A DNA stretch of 64,000 bases from Candidatus Uhrbacteria bacterium (GTDB lineage Bacteria; Patescibacteriota; Patescibacteriia; JACPHY01): positions 38,125-102,124 of the forward strand of contig JACPHY010000001.1 of the NCBI GenBank assembly GCA_016188355.1, read 5' to 3'. Of the stretch, positions 44,972 through 54,513 are shown piece after piece (position 1 is the first letter of the stretch; each line of letters opens with the position of its first letter). Under the pieces are notes generated by a model. That model was not told the origin of the DNA and did not search any database. It worked only from the letters and a program-made list of their open reading frames with translations. A program made the translations under genes and the position numbers.

Positions 44972-47470
44972 TTGGTTTTGCAAACGTTTTTGTATATGGG
45001 TACGCCTGAATTAGTTTCCTCTGCGCGTGTCGCAGTTCCTCAGGAGCGCGTCCCGGAGACGAAGATCCGGCCGGAATTGCGCGAGGAGCCTACGCGGACT
45101 GACCGTGAACGTCTCCAGCGTGCGCAGGAAGAGTTGGAAATGCTCCAGCGGGATGCAGGTCTGCCGGGTGCTGGTCCTCGGCGCCGCATGGCGGCGCTCA
45201 AGCGATTAACGGGGCGCGTGGTCGAGGATGCGGCGGAGTTGGATCGCGCATACGCGGAGGAGATTGTTCGCATGACCGCGCGTGTCCGTGCGTTGGAACG
45301 ATCACCGCTCCCGGCAATTCGTGAGGAATTGCTGCTGGAGTATCTGTCCGCTGCAGATCAGGAGGCGTTCCGGGAAGGTCGATTGCAGTCATGCGTGGAT
45401 ATCGTGGAACGGGACGCGGCATGGCTGCGGGAAGTAGATGTGGAGCGGACGTATCACGATGATGCGTACTATCGTGCAATGTTCGGTACGGAATCAGGAT
45501 TCACGTACCGTGCACATACCCAAGAGCGGCACAATCGAAAAGAACCCATTGCGGAGACGAAGCATGAGTTTATTGATCGCGTGGTTCGTGAGCGAGAGGA
45601 TCGGTTGCGCGAGACACAAGAAGCGATGCATGTGCTCGGCATGGTTCGTGGACGGGACGGTCTCATTCGTCTCCATACGTTTGATCGACCGCACGATCCC
45701 GGCGTGTTGATCGATGCGGCACTTGCGCATGCGTTCGTGCAAGAGCATCGGCGCATTGAGGAGGCTGCGCGCATGGAAGGGGCGCAGGATACATCGGAGC
45801 GTATCCATGCGGATCGTGCTCGTCTACGGGACAATGTGCAGCGGCTCTTGGGTCGTGCCCCAGAACTCACGGTCACGCCGGAGGTTCTGTTCGAGCCGGA
45901 GGTGTGGCAGGATACGGTTGCGTTGGCGCTTGTGCCGACGGAACGCGATGCAGTGCCAGCCAACGCGGATGCGCCACCGGAACGGCGGCGAGATTTGCTC
46001 CGTGTTGTTCCTGGGGGAAGCGTCGAAGAGTCGGACGATTTTGAGATTACCGAGGATACGGAGCATGGATTGCCGGAAGCACAGAAGGAGGAGCATGTTG
46101 CGCCTGTTGCGTCCCCTGCGGTAGCGGAGCGTCGCGCGACTCCTCCGGATGTGGAGCTGGGACTTCGGGTGTTTGGTGTTCTCGACCGCGCGAAGGCGGA
46201 GGGCTGGAGCGCGAATCGTGCGGAATATGCGGTGCGGGTGACGCTGCAGACCGGCACGGAGCACGTATCCGCCGCCCGATTACAGGAATTGCAGGATATC
46301 GTCGCGGAAGATCTCGCGCAAATGCGGCGCACGGAGACGGAGGGAGGGCGGGGCACTGATACTACGGAGCAGCTTCCAGAGACCGCGCTGAGCGAAAAGC
46401 AGGCTCGTGCGCTGCGACGCTCCACCCGGTTGCAGGAAGCGCGGGATGCCTTGCGGCGTATGAAGACCGAGCTGGATGCGCACCAGGCTCGTGCGCTGCA
46501 AGATTCCGCACATGAGGATGGGCGAGAACGTCCGTCACTTGCGGGGGGAGAGGGAGCTGAGGTCGATCGGGCGCCCATTGGACCGGAGGCGGTTCGGGAG
46601 GCGCGCATCGCATATGCCACCGAGCGGCAGCGGCCATCAAAGTGGGGATGGATCGCGGAGCGGGCGAAGGGCGTTCTCACGGCAGGTTTTTCGGAATTTC
46701 GTCATTTTGTGGGATACGGGCGAGCGGCGTGGCGAGGCGAGCGAGAAATCGACACCTCGTTCCGTGCGCTGCGTGCTGAGGCGGGCGCAACTCCGGAGGC
46801 ACAATCTGCCCGTATTGGACGTCTGGTGGATGAGGCGGAGTTCCATGTGATGCAGCGTCTCACCCATTACCGGGATGAGTTCGGTGACGGCGTGCTCACG
46901 GAGGATCGCATGCAGAAGTTCCGTGAACGGCTGCATCGAAAACTCCATGCGCTCCATGACCAACAGGAGCAGGCGGATCGTGGAGAATTTCGGAATCTCA
47001 TTTTACAGTCATTCGATCCATCCTGGTGGCGTCGTGGGGTGTATGGGGTGGTAGAGTTCGCGCTTGCCGCATCCGGTATCCGCCTGCTCATTGATCATGC
47101 ATTTACGGCGACGCCGATATTGGAGCAGGTGACGCAATCGCCGCTGCCAAAATTACCAGATACTCCACCCGATCTCGTGCGTACCATGCAGGGGACCGTA
47201 TGGGACACGATGCGTCAGATGTTCCCGGGTGCGAATCATACGCAGCTCACCGATGTGGTACGGAAGGTGATGGAACATAATGGCATCGTCGATCCGACGC
47301 CCGGCTCGACCGGATTTACGCATGCGAATGGCACGCCCAATCAGTGGGCAGGGGAGCACGTGCGCCATTTGGTGGAAAGTGGGCGCAATTGGGTGGATGC
47401 GACCAAAATGCCAGAAGGATTTCCGCTTCGTATGCCGAAGGAGGTGCTGCAGTTGGTGGGTTCGCTCTAG
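44972..47470 (+). CDS. Large (~830 aa) highly charged (Glu/Arg/Ala-rich) hypothetical protein. No TM, no recognised catalytic motif; start uncertain (TTG 44972 or ATG 44996).
   Basis: Single uninterrupted ORF of 2.5 kb. Compositional bias and predicted long helices. Confidence 0.45.
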   Translation: MVLQTFLYMGTPELVSSARVAVPQERVPETKIRPELREEPTRTDRERLQRAQEELEMLQRDAGLPGAGPRRRMAALKRLTGRVVEDAAELDRAYAEEIVRMTARVRALERSPLPAIREELLLEYLSAADQEAFREGRLQSCVDIVERDAAWLREVDVERTYHDDAYYRAMFGTESGFTYRAHTQERHNRKEPIAETKHEFIDRVVREREDRLRETQEAMHVLGMVRGRDGLIRLHTFDRPHDPGVLIDAALAHAFVQEHRRIEEAARMEGAQDTSERIHADRARLRDNVQRLLGRAPELTVTPEVLFEPEVWQDTVALALVPTERDAVPANADAPPERRRDLLRVVPGGSVEESDDFEITEDTEHGLPEAQKEEHVAPVASPAVAERRATPPDVELGLRVFGVLDRAKAEGWSANRAEYAVRVTLQTGTEHVSAARLQELQDIVAEDLAQMRRTETEGGRGTDTTEQLPETALSEKQARALRRSTRLQEARDALRRMKTELDAHQARALQDSAHEDGRERPSLAGGEGAEVDRAPIGPEAVREARIAYATERQRPSKWGWIAERAKGVLTAGFSEFRHFVGYGRAAWRGEREIDTSFRALRAEAGATPEAQSARIGRLVDEAEFHVMQRLTHYRDEFGDGVLTEDRMQKFRERLHRKLHALHDQQEQADRGEFRNLILQSFDPSWWRRGVYGVVEFALAASGIRLLIDHAFTATPILEQVTQSPLPKLPDTPPDLVRTMQGTVWDTMRQMFPGANHTQLTDVVRKVMEHNGIVDPTPGSTGFTHANGTPNQWAGEHVRHLVESGRNWVDATKMPEGFPLRMPKEVLQLVGSL

Positions 47471-47479
47471 TGCACATGT

Positions 47480-47812
47480 ATGACGATCCAGGAAAAAGCT
47501 CGAGAACTTGGTCAGCGCCTTGCGCATTCCACATTGCCGCAGGTGCTGAAAGATGCGATTTTGGAAGCGCTTCCTCAGAGTACGGAGCGTGAGGTAGATG
47601 CCTTGCTCCTGGCGCTACGCAACGAGGACGCACAGCTGCAGCAGCTTGAAGACGCGTCGCGCCAGTTTGTGGCTCGGACTGCGGAACAGTGGGACGCACT
47701 TGCCGCAGAGGAGCAGGCGGTTGTGGATGCGGCGGTCGAGGAATTTGTTACGGAAACTGCATCGAGTGTGCTTGCGCATGCGGTGCAGCGAGGCGCAGTG
47801 ACTCGTTCGTGA
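47480..47812 (+). CDS. Small acidic helical hypothetical protein (110 aa)
   Basis: ORF 10 nt after the preceding gene. Coiled-coil-like LLALRNEDAQLQQLEDASRQFVARTAEQWDALAAEEQAVVDAAVEEF. Confidence 0.35.
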   Translation: MTIQEKARELGQRLAHSTLPQVLKDAILEALPQSTEREVDALLLALRNEDAQLQQLEDASRQFVARTAEQWDALAAEEQAVVDAAVEEFVTETASSVLAHAVQRGAVTRS

Positions 47813-47858
47813 TGCAGTCGTGCGCGTGGAATTGACGTAGATAGGCAAGGGAGACGAA

Positions 47859-47890
47859 GAATCCCGTACCGATGATTCGGTACGGGATTC
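47859..47890. terminator. Perfect 13-bp-stem hairpin gaatcccgtaccg/atgatt/cggtacgggattc between convergent genes
   Basis: Direct complementarity. Between the 47480-47812 (+) and 47925-48785 (-) gene ends. Confidence 0.55.
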
Positions 47891-47924
47891 GGGTGGTCAT
47901 CGCTGCAGCTGTGGTGTCGGGGTG

Positions 47925-48785
47925 CTATGGGAGCCGTCCCCAGAACAGCTTCAGTGCTGCTTGTGCGGCGCGATGTTCCCGTGCGTCTTCTATGGGTGAC
48001 GATGTGCAGCGCACGTCGCTGAATTTGGCGTGCGCGGCGCGTCGATCGTGGTGCGCAAATGCGACTGCTCCTGCCACGATCAGGTCATGGAGCGGGTTCG
48101 AGGAATGGCGTTCCTGGTCCGCGAGAAAGTAGAGCGTTTCCGAGACCAAGTTTCTGATGTTGGTGTTGTCGCGCACCTCTGTTTCGGCGAGTGCGTCGAT
48201 GTAGTGGACGAGTGCCTCATTGGGGCGCCTCAGGACGTCGAGGACGCGCGCAAGTTGAAAGTGTACGGCGGGATCATGGCGGTCGTGCCGGAGTGCCTCA
48301 CGGAGCACGACCTTTGCCGCATTGGGATCGCGTAATTCACGGAGCGCAATGCCCAGCGCTGCATTCAATGCGGCCAGTCCTCGAGTGAACTGTCCTTGTT
48401 CCCATGTGGTGGAGGTGCGGTGATCACGCCGTCCCATGGTTGCTGATTTGATCGCATGTCCTGCGACGCGTTTTGCCTCCTCGTGCCGACCGAGGTCAAT
48501 GAGGAGGTGTGCGCGTTTGAGCGGCAGGCAGATGGATTGGGGATAGCGGTCCATCTGCTCTTCGGTCACGGTGAGTGCTTCGTGGAGTCTCTGTTCCTGC
48601 TCCAAGGACTCGATACGTTTGAGCGCGGTGTCGACCGCAACTTCCCAGTGCGTGCAAAGCAGGTCGAGCGCAGCATTGGATGCGGGCATGGCCACCATTG
48701 ACGGGTCTCCTTTGGGTTGGAAATGGACGTGGGCACGAGATCCTCTACGCAGCGCAACTATATCCCGAGATATTTTTGTTGTCAA
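47925..48785 (-). CDS. TPR-like helical repeat hypothetical protein
   Basis: Repeated helix-turn-helix pairs (RVLDVLRRPNEALVHYIDALAE, LALNAALGIALRELRDPNAAKVVLREALRHD). Confidence 0.4.
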   Translation of the reverse strand: MTTKISRDIVALRRGSRAHVHFQPKGDPSMVAMPASNAALDLLCTHWEVAVDTALKRIESLEQEQRLHEALTVTEEQMDRYPQSICLPLKRAHLLIDLGRHEEAKRVAGHAIKSATMGRRDHRTSTTWEQGQFTRGLAALNAALGIALRELRDPNAAKVVLREALRHDRHDPAVHFQLARVLDVLRRPNEALVHYIDALAETEVRDNTNIRNLVSETLYFLADQERHSSNPLHDLIVAGAVAFAHHDRRAAHAKFSDVRCTSSPIEDAREHRAAQAALKLFWGRLP

Positions 48786-48824
48786 GGTCGCGACAATTGT
48801 ATCGCATAAGGTTGTTATGGTGCG

Positions 48825-49745
48825 GTGGGTAAGCGGGAAAGAAAATGCGAAAATAAGCGCAGGAATACGTTATGGGACGGTAGACGGATGCACGTTGACG
48901 CGATGGGAGCTGCCCCGTACGATGGAAGAGTGACTTCTTGTCTTTTCGCTATGGAAAATCAATACCCACCCCCGTTTCCGTTTGATGCGATGGACGGCGC
49001 ACTCGGCGCAGCGGATGATCTCGGCGTCCCTGATCTTTTTCCCATTGTGGCGTCCGCGTCCCCGAGCGATCGTTCCACGGTATTGCATGAGGTTCGTCGA
49101 AAATTAGAGGACGTGCACGCACAGATTCGCGCACTCATTGGCAGCATCGACCGCGAGTTGGAAGGAAATCCGCTCCCGCGTACGGCCATGCCCGATGCGC
49201 ATTACCCCTCGTCGCTTTCGCATGAGGTGCCACGTCCTTCTATGTCGAATCAACGTCCTGTGGATCCGCTCCCCGGCGGTCTCCAACGAGAGGATGAAGA
49301 TGCCCTCCGGGTGATCGAGGGTGTGTTCGATGGGCAGAACATGGTGGGTCCTGATGGGAAGCAATACAGCGTTCCTGCGAATTACGCATCGAAATCGAAG
49401 CTCGTGGAAGGGGATATTCTCAAGCTGCGTATCACCTCACGGGGTGCGTTTGTGTACAAGCAAATTGGTCCCATTGCGCGGGATCGGCGTATCGGCGCAC
49501 TCGAGCGCGATGATGTGACCGGAGAGTATGTTGTATTGGTTCCCGATGTGGAAGGGGATTTGAGCGCATTGACCCGCGCGATTGTGGCGAAGGGCGACCT
49601 GCCGCCGGTTTCCTATAAACGATATCGAACGCTTCGCGCATCCGTTTCTTTCTACCGCGGCGCACCAGGAGATGAGGTGGTGATTTTGGTTCCGAAAGAC
49701 GCACCATCGACGTGGGCGGCAGTGGAGAATGTTATTAAGCGATGA
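48825..49745 (+). CDS. Hypothetical protein upstream of dnaX (alternative start MENQYPPPF at 48951) with an internally duplicated C-terminal beta module
   Basis: GDILKLRITSRGAFVYKQIG and GDEVVILVPKDAPSTWAAV look like a duplicated small barrel. Confidence 0.4.
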   Translation: MGKRERKCENKRRNTLWDGRRMHVDAMGAAPYDGRVTSCLFAMENQYPPPFPFDAMDGALGAADDLGVPDLFPIVASASPSDRSTVLHEVRRKLEDVHAQIRALIGSIDRELEGNPLPRTAMPDAHYPSSLSHEVPRPSMSNQRPVDPLPGGLQREDEDALRVIEGVFDGQNMVGPDGKQYSVPANYASKSKLVEGDILKLRITSRGAFVYKQIGPIARDRRIGALERDDVTGEYVVLVPDVEGDLSALTRAIVAKGDLPPVSYKRYRTLRASVSFYRGAPGDEVVILVPKDAPSTWAAVENVIKR

Positions 49746-49864
49746 GCGGGATTTGGGGTGATCGCCTCCTGTGCGCTCCGCCGGATGCGGGAGCGTCGGT
49801 TGTCGTTTGCGGAGCGGGATGTCCAGCGTTTGGTGGTGTGGTACGGTGAAGAATCGGCATTGCT

Positions 49865-51481
49865 ATGTCCGTCCTCTATCGAAAATACCGGCCACAGAAA
49901 TTTTCCGACGTGGTAGGACAGGCGCATATCACCACGACGTTGATTGCGGCGCTTGCGCGCGATCGGATTGCGCATGCATATCTTTTTTCTGGTCCGCGCG
50001 GCGTAGGGAAAACAACAACAGCGCGACTGCTCGCAAAGGCCGTCAACTGCGCGTCGCGCGGGTCGGAGACGCGCACCGATTCGGATTCGGGGTCGTGGGA
50101 CGGAGAGCCATGCAATACGTGCGTATGTTGTCGGGAGATTGTGGAGGGTCGATGTCTGGATGTAATTGAAATCGATGCGGCATCGCATACGGGCGTGGAT
50201 CATGTCCGAGAACAGGTGATCGATCATGCGCGCATTGCCCCGGTTCGTGCCCCGCGGAAGGTGTTCATTATTGATGAGGTGCACATGCTTTCGGCGAGCG
50301 CGTTCAATGCGCTCCTGAAAACACTGGAGGAGCCGCCGTCACAGGTGCTCTTTATTTTAGCCACGACCGAGTTGCATCGCCTACCGGAGACCATCCGTTC
50401 GCGCTGTCAGCAGTTCATGTTTCGGCGCGTTGCGCCGGAGGTGTTGACGGAACGGCTGCGGGAGCTGGCACATGCGGAGGGCGTGGCGGTAGATCCGGAG
50501 GTATTCCCGTTGGTCGTGCGTGCGGCAGATGGATCGGTTCGAGATGCGGAGAGCTGTTTTGGGCAACTACTTTCGCTCGGTGGGGAGCGGGTGACCGTGG
50601 CGGATGCGATGCTTGTCGTGCCTCGATCCAATGCGGCGTCCGCGCAAGCGCTGGTGGATGTGGCGATTGCGGGAGATTGCGCGCGTCTCCTTGCGGAGTT
50701 GGATCGTGCGGAGTCCGAGGGGGTAGATCCGGAGGCGTACGTCCGCGATTGCATCCTGTCGCTTCGTGATCGCTCGCGTGACGCCGTTCATGCTGCGGAT
50801 CGTGGTTGCGCGGCAATGGTGACGAAGCTCCTGCGTGCTGGTCTTGCGCTCGTGGATAGCGTGGGACGGGTGGATCGCGCTTTTTTCCTGATAGAGTCAG
50901 CGTTTCTGGAGGTGATGTTGAGTACATCGAGCGCGCCGTCGTTGCCGGCAGCACCGCGGTTGGTTACTCCTTCGGTTCCGGTATCGCCACCTTCTCCTCC
51001 AGCACCGGAACCTCCGATCGCGCCTGCGGTATCGGCGCCGGAGACCGAAATGGCGGTGGTATCGCAGGAGCCGGATGTTCCTGCGTCTGCGGGGGTATCT
51101 CCTGTTGCTCCGGTTTTGGCCGTTCCGATCGATACGCTCGATCGGATTCGTGTGGGATGGTCTGCACTACTGGCGCAGCTTGCGGAGGTGAATCGTGCGC
51201 TGCCGTACCTCCTGGAGGGCGGTCGACCGCAGCGGATGGAGGGAGATACGTTGACGGTCGGTTTTCGCTATCGTCTCCATGCGGAGAAGGCGCGACAGCC
51301 TGCAGCGCTTGATGCGATTACCCAGGCGATCCATGGCATGATTGGGGCTCCGGTCCGCGTGCAAATGGCAGTGGTGAGCGCGGAGGAGTTTGCGGTGCTC
51401 GAATCGAGTACTCGTCCTGCCACGGGAGATGCGGTGGCGGATGCGGCACTTGAAGTATTTGGTGGACGCGTCGTAGAATAA
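49865..51481 (+). CDS. dnaX: DNA polymerase III subunit gamma/tau
   Basis: YRPQKFSDVVGQAHI, FSGPRGVGKTTTARLLAKAVNC, Zn-module CxxC...C, IIDEVHMLS, SRCQQF. Pro/Ala-rich linker. Confidence 0.9.
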   Translation: MSVLYRKYRPQKFSDVVGQAHITTTLIAALARDRIAHAYLFSGPRGVGKTTTARLLAKAVNCASRGSETRTDSDSGSWDGEPCNTCVCCREIVEGRCLDVIEIDAASHTGVDHVREQVIDHARIAPVRAPRKVFIIDEVHMLSASAFNALLKTLEEPPSQVLFILATTELHRLPETIRSRCQQFMFRRVAPEVLTERLRELAHAEGVAVDPEVFPLVVRAADGSVRDAESCFGQLLSLGGERVTVADAMLVVPRSNAASAQALVDVAIAGDCARLLAELDRAESEGVDPEAYVRDCILSLRDRSRDAVHAADRGCAAMVTKLLRAGLALVDSVGRVDRAFFLIESAFLEVMLSTSSAPSLPAAPRLVTPSVPVSPPSPPAPEPPIAPAVSAPETEMAVVSQEPDVPASAGVSPVAPVLAVPIDTLDRIRVGWSALLAQLAEVNRALPYLLEGGRPQRMEGDTLTVGFRYRLHAEKARQPAALDAITQAIHGMIGAPVRVQMAVVSAEEFAVLESSTRPATGDAVADAALEVFGGRVVE

Positions 51482-51521
51482 CCACGTTCCGGGTAGGGGA
51501 ACGGTGTGTTCCGCGCAGTGC

Positions 51522-51595
51522 TGCGGGGTCGGCTAACGGTAGGCCGCGACGCTCTGGACGTCGTTATCCTGGTTCGAATCCAGGCCCCGCAGCAT
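51522..51595 (+). tRNA. tRNA-Gln (anticodon CUG), U1-A72, discriminator G. CCA not encoded; 3' end approximate.
   Basis: TGCGGGGTCGGCTAACGGTAGGCCGCGACGCTCTGGACGTCGTTATCCTGGTTCGAATCCAGGCCCCGCAG. Cloverleaf with anticodon stem CGACG/CGTCG and loop CTCTGGA. Confidence 0.75.
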
Positions 51596-51615
51596 TGCAC
51601 AGAACGCCATGACGT

Positions 51616-52254
51616 ATGACTTCTGATGTATCCATGGCCCCGGATCGTCTGACTGCGCTCACCGACTTCATCTACGAGGTGGGCATTTTGAGTAAGACGC
51701 CGCGATCGGGATTGTGGTTTCTTGGTACGGGTCAACAGAGCGTCGCAGAGCACCTCCTGCGTACTGCGTATATTGGATATGTGTTGAGCCACCTCACGCC
51801 GGAAGCGGATCGTGCTCGGGTGCTGCTCATGTGTCTCCTCCACGATTTGGGAGAGGGCCGGACTTCCGATTTGAATTACGTGCATCAGCGATACGGGCGT
51901 CTTGCAGAGGCGCAGGCAGTTGCTGACATCGCCGCGCGCACGCCATTTGGAGCAGAAATTGAAGAGCTGTATCGAGAAGAATCCGCGCGCGCTACGCTGG
52001 AGGCGAAGTTGGTCAAAGATGCGGATCAGCTCGAATGGATCGCGACGCTGCGCGAGGAAGAAGTGAAGGGGAATCAAAAGGCGGCTTCTTGGCTGAAGAG
52101 CAGCATCCAACGGCTGAAGACGCCGGCAGGGCAGCAGATCGGCCAAATGCTCCTCACGACCCACCCCGATCATTGGTGGTACGACGAGGCGGACGCGTGG
52201 TTCGTGGATCGAAAGGAGGAGCATCGGAAGCGCGCCGTGGAGAGGTCTCTGTAG
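51616..52254 (+). CDS. HD-domain phosphohydrolase (YfbR-like 5'-deoxynucleotidase family)
   Basis: HxxxH...HD pattern: SVAEHLLRTAY...LLHDLGEGRTSD...DADQLE. Confidence 0.7.
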   Translation: MTSDVSMAPDRLTALTDFIYEVGILSKTPRSGLWFLGTGQQSVAEHLLRTAYIGYVLSHLTPEADRARVLLMCLLHDLGEGRTSDLNYVHQRYGRLAEAQAVADIAARTPFGAEIEELYREESARATLEAKLVKDADQLEWIATLREEEVKGNQKAASWLKSSIQRLKTPAGQQIGQMLLTTHPDHWWYDEADAWFVDRKEEHRKRAVERSL

Positions 52255-52306
52255 CATTTTGAGCAAATACCACCAAATCCCATAAACGGTGCAGACGCGA
52301 AAAATG

Positions 52307-52327
52307 GCGCTCCTCTGCGGAGGAGCG
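52307..52327 (+). terminator. Hairpin gcgctcctc/tgc/ggaggagcg downstream of the HD gene (no U-tract)
   Basis: 9-bp perfect stem. Confidence 0.3.
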
Positions 52328-52392
52328 GGGTGCTTGCGTCTCAGGAGAAGTTGTGGTAGGATCGAGGTGCTTTCAACGGCGGCACATCCGCT

Positions 52393-52713
52393 ATGGAGAT
52401 GACCTACAGCTTCAAGAAGGTGGGCGAATTCGATCAGCATTTTTGTCGCCAGTACCTCGAAAAGAAGGCGGAGGCAATTGTACGTGCTCTCCCGAAGCTC
52501 GGCCCCGAAGCCGTAGCATTGCTCGCATTTCGCGCAGAGCGATTCGCGAAAAAAAAGGCATTCAAGGTGTCGCTGCACCTGCGCGCCGGCGCGCAGGAGT
52601 GGAATGCGGAGGAGGATGATCACACGCTCCGAGAGGCGATCGACCTCGCCAAGGATAAGCTCGTTCTGCAAATGCGGAAACACCATCGCCTGCAGGGAAC
52701 GGTGCAGGGATAA
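52393..52713 (+). CDS. hpf: Ribosome hibernation-promoting factor / RaiA (YfiA) family
   Basis: ~106 aa, beta-alpha-beta-beta-beta-alpha pattern. ...REAIDLAKDKLVLQMRKHHRL matches the HPF C-terminal helix consensus. Confidence 0.6.
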   Translation: MEMTYSFKKVGEFDQHFCRQYLEKKAEAIVRALPKLGPEAVALLAFRAERFAKKKAFKVSLHLRAGAQEWNAEEDDHTLREAIDLAKDKLVLQMRKHHRLQGTVQG

Positions 52714-52810
52714 GGGAGTTTCGGGCAAAAACGGCGCATTCGGAATCCCCGGATGCGCCGTTGATGCGGTACACTGAACCTATTCATGAGTTCGGACTGA
52801 GACTCCTGTA

Positions 52811-54493
52811 GTGGTCTCGCCATGGTTTTGCATGTCTTCTCCTGATTCTGTCGTGCCTCCCCACTCCGTCGTGCACGCGGTCCCTCGTCCGGTGCGGGGA
52901 ACTTCTGGTGCATCCGCGGTGGTTGCATCTGCTGCGCTCATTGCGCTGCTCTCGTTGGCGAGCCGCGTGCTCGGTCTCGTGCGCGATCGGGTGCTCGCGT
53001 CGCTGTATGGCGCGGGCGCAACGCTGGATGCGTACTACGCGGCATTTCGCATTCCGGACTTCGTGTTCAACCTCATTGGGTTGGGCGCGTTGTCTGCGGC
53101 GTTCTTGCCCGTCTTTGTACGGCTTCGACAGGAGTCGCGTGAGCAGTCGTTCCGTTTTGCGGCGCGGCTTTCAAGCGATGCGGTGGTGGTGCTCGCCGTG
53201 CTCTGCGGCGCGGGGGTGGTGTTCGCGGGATTTTTGGTGCGCATCATTGCGCCTGGATTTACCGATGCGCAACTTGCGTTGACGACGCAGATGAGTCGGC
53301 TGTTATTCGCGGCGACGTTTTTGCTCGGCGTTTCCACAGTGGCGGGCGGCGTACTCCAGGCGGAGCAGCGGTTCGTGGCGTTTGCGGCGGCACCGTTGCT
53401 CTACAACGTCGGCATTATCGCTGGTGCGGTTGGTATTGCGCCATTTTTCGGTCCGATGGGACTCGCCTGGGGCGTCGTGGGTGGAGCGCTGCTCCACGCT
53501 GCCGTGCAGGTGATCGCGGCCTGGCGCCTCGGATTTCGATGGTCATGGTTGCCCACCTGGAAGGATCGCGATGTGCGTGCCACGGCGCGATTACTGCTGC
53601 CGCGCATGTTTGGGCTTGCGTCGCAGCAGATACAGCTCATGGTGCTTTCGGCGATTGCCTCAACCCTTGCGGTGGGCTCGCTTGCGGTATTTACGTTTGC
53701 AAACAATATCCAGCATGTGCCGCTCTCATTGATCGGCATTTCGTATGCGATCGCCGTATTTCCGCAACTGGCGGCGACCGCATCGCGTGATCGCACGGTA
53801 TTCGCGGAGCGTCTGGGATCGACGATCCGGCAGATTCTCCTTTTCGCGATTCCGGCGACCGTGTTCCTGCTTACGCTCAAAGCGCAGATCGTTCGCGTGT
53901 TCCTCGGTGCGGGCGCGTTTGATTGGCAGGATACGCGGCGGACATTGGAGGTGGTGGAGGCGATGGGTCTGGGGCTGACCCCAGCCATGCTCATTCCGTC
54001 GCTGGCGCGGGCGTACTACGCATTGGAGGATACGCGAACGCCCTTTATGATTGGCGTGAGCATCGATGTGGCGGGCATTGTGCTTGCGGGTTTTTTGGGG
54101 TATCGCATGGGACCGCGGGGGCTCGCGCTTGGACTGTCGATCGCGGCAGCTGTGCATATGGCCGTGCTCCTCGCAGTGCTGCGGTTGCGTATATCATCGT
54201 TGGATGGGCGTGCACTCATGGTTGCGGCGGGGAAATACGGCATCGCGGGGTTTATCATGGGACTTGCGATTCAGCAGATGAAGGCGGTGGTAGCGGTATT
54301 TTTTGGTACCGATACATTCTGGGGCATTGCCGTGCAGGGAGCGCTTGCGGGCGGTGTGGGCGGCATGGTGTATCTCGGGATCGGCATACTGCTCCGTTCC
54401 CCAGAAATGATCGACATCATGCGCGCACTGCGGCGTCGCGTGCTGCGCACCATTCGATTGCCGGCGGGTGGTGTGGAGGAGGTGCGGGGATGA
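52811..54493 (+). CDS. murJ: Lipid II flippase MurJ (MviN)
   Basis: LASRVLGLVRDRVLASLYGAGATLDAYYAAFRIPDFVFNL is the MurJ N-terminal signature. 14 TM pattern. Confidence 0.88.
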   Translation: MVSPWFCMSSPDSVVPPHSVVHAVPRPVRGTSGASAVVASAALIALLSLASRVLGLVRDRVLASLYGAGATLDAYYAAFRIPDFVFNLIGLGALSAAFLPVFVRLRQESREQSFRFAARLSSDAVVVLAVLCGAGVVFAGFLVRIIAPGFTDAQLALTTQMSRLLFAATFLLGVSTVAGGVLQAEQRFVAFAAAPLLYNVGIIAGAVGIAPFFGPMGLAWGVVGGALLHAAVQVIAAWRLGFRWSWLPTWKDRDVRATARLLLPRMFGLASQQIQLMVLSAIASTLAVGSLAVFTFANNIQHVPLSLIGISYAIAVFPQLAATASRDRTVFAERLGSTIRQILLFAIPATVFLLTLKAQIVRVFLGAGAFDWQDTRRTLEVVEAMGLGLTPAMLIPSLARAYYALEDTRTPFMIGVSIDVAGIVLAGFLGYRMGPRGLALGLSIAAAVHMAVLLAVLRLRISSLDGRALMVAAGKYGIAGFIMGLAIQQMKAVVAVFFGTDTFWGIAVQGALAGGVGGMVYLGIGILLRSPEMIDIMRALRRRVLRTIRLPAGGVEEVRG

Positions 54494-54513
54494 TGCTACC
54501 ATGACGCAATAAT

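Noticed and set aside
52740-52772. 10-bp-stem hairpin (aacggcgcat…atgcgccgtt) between hpf and murJ as terminator
   Set aside because: Long 13-nt loop and no U-tract. Could equally be part of the murJ 5'-UTR. Too weak to call.
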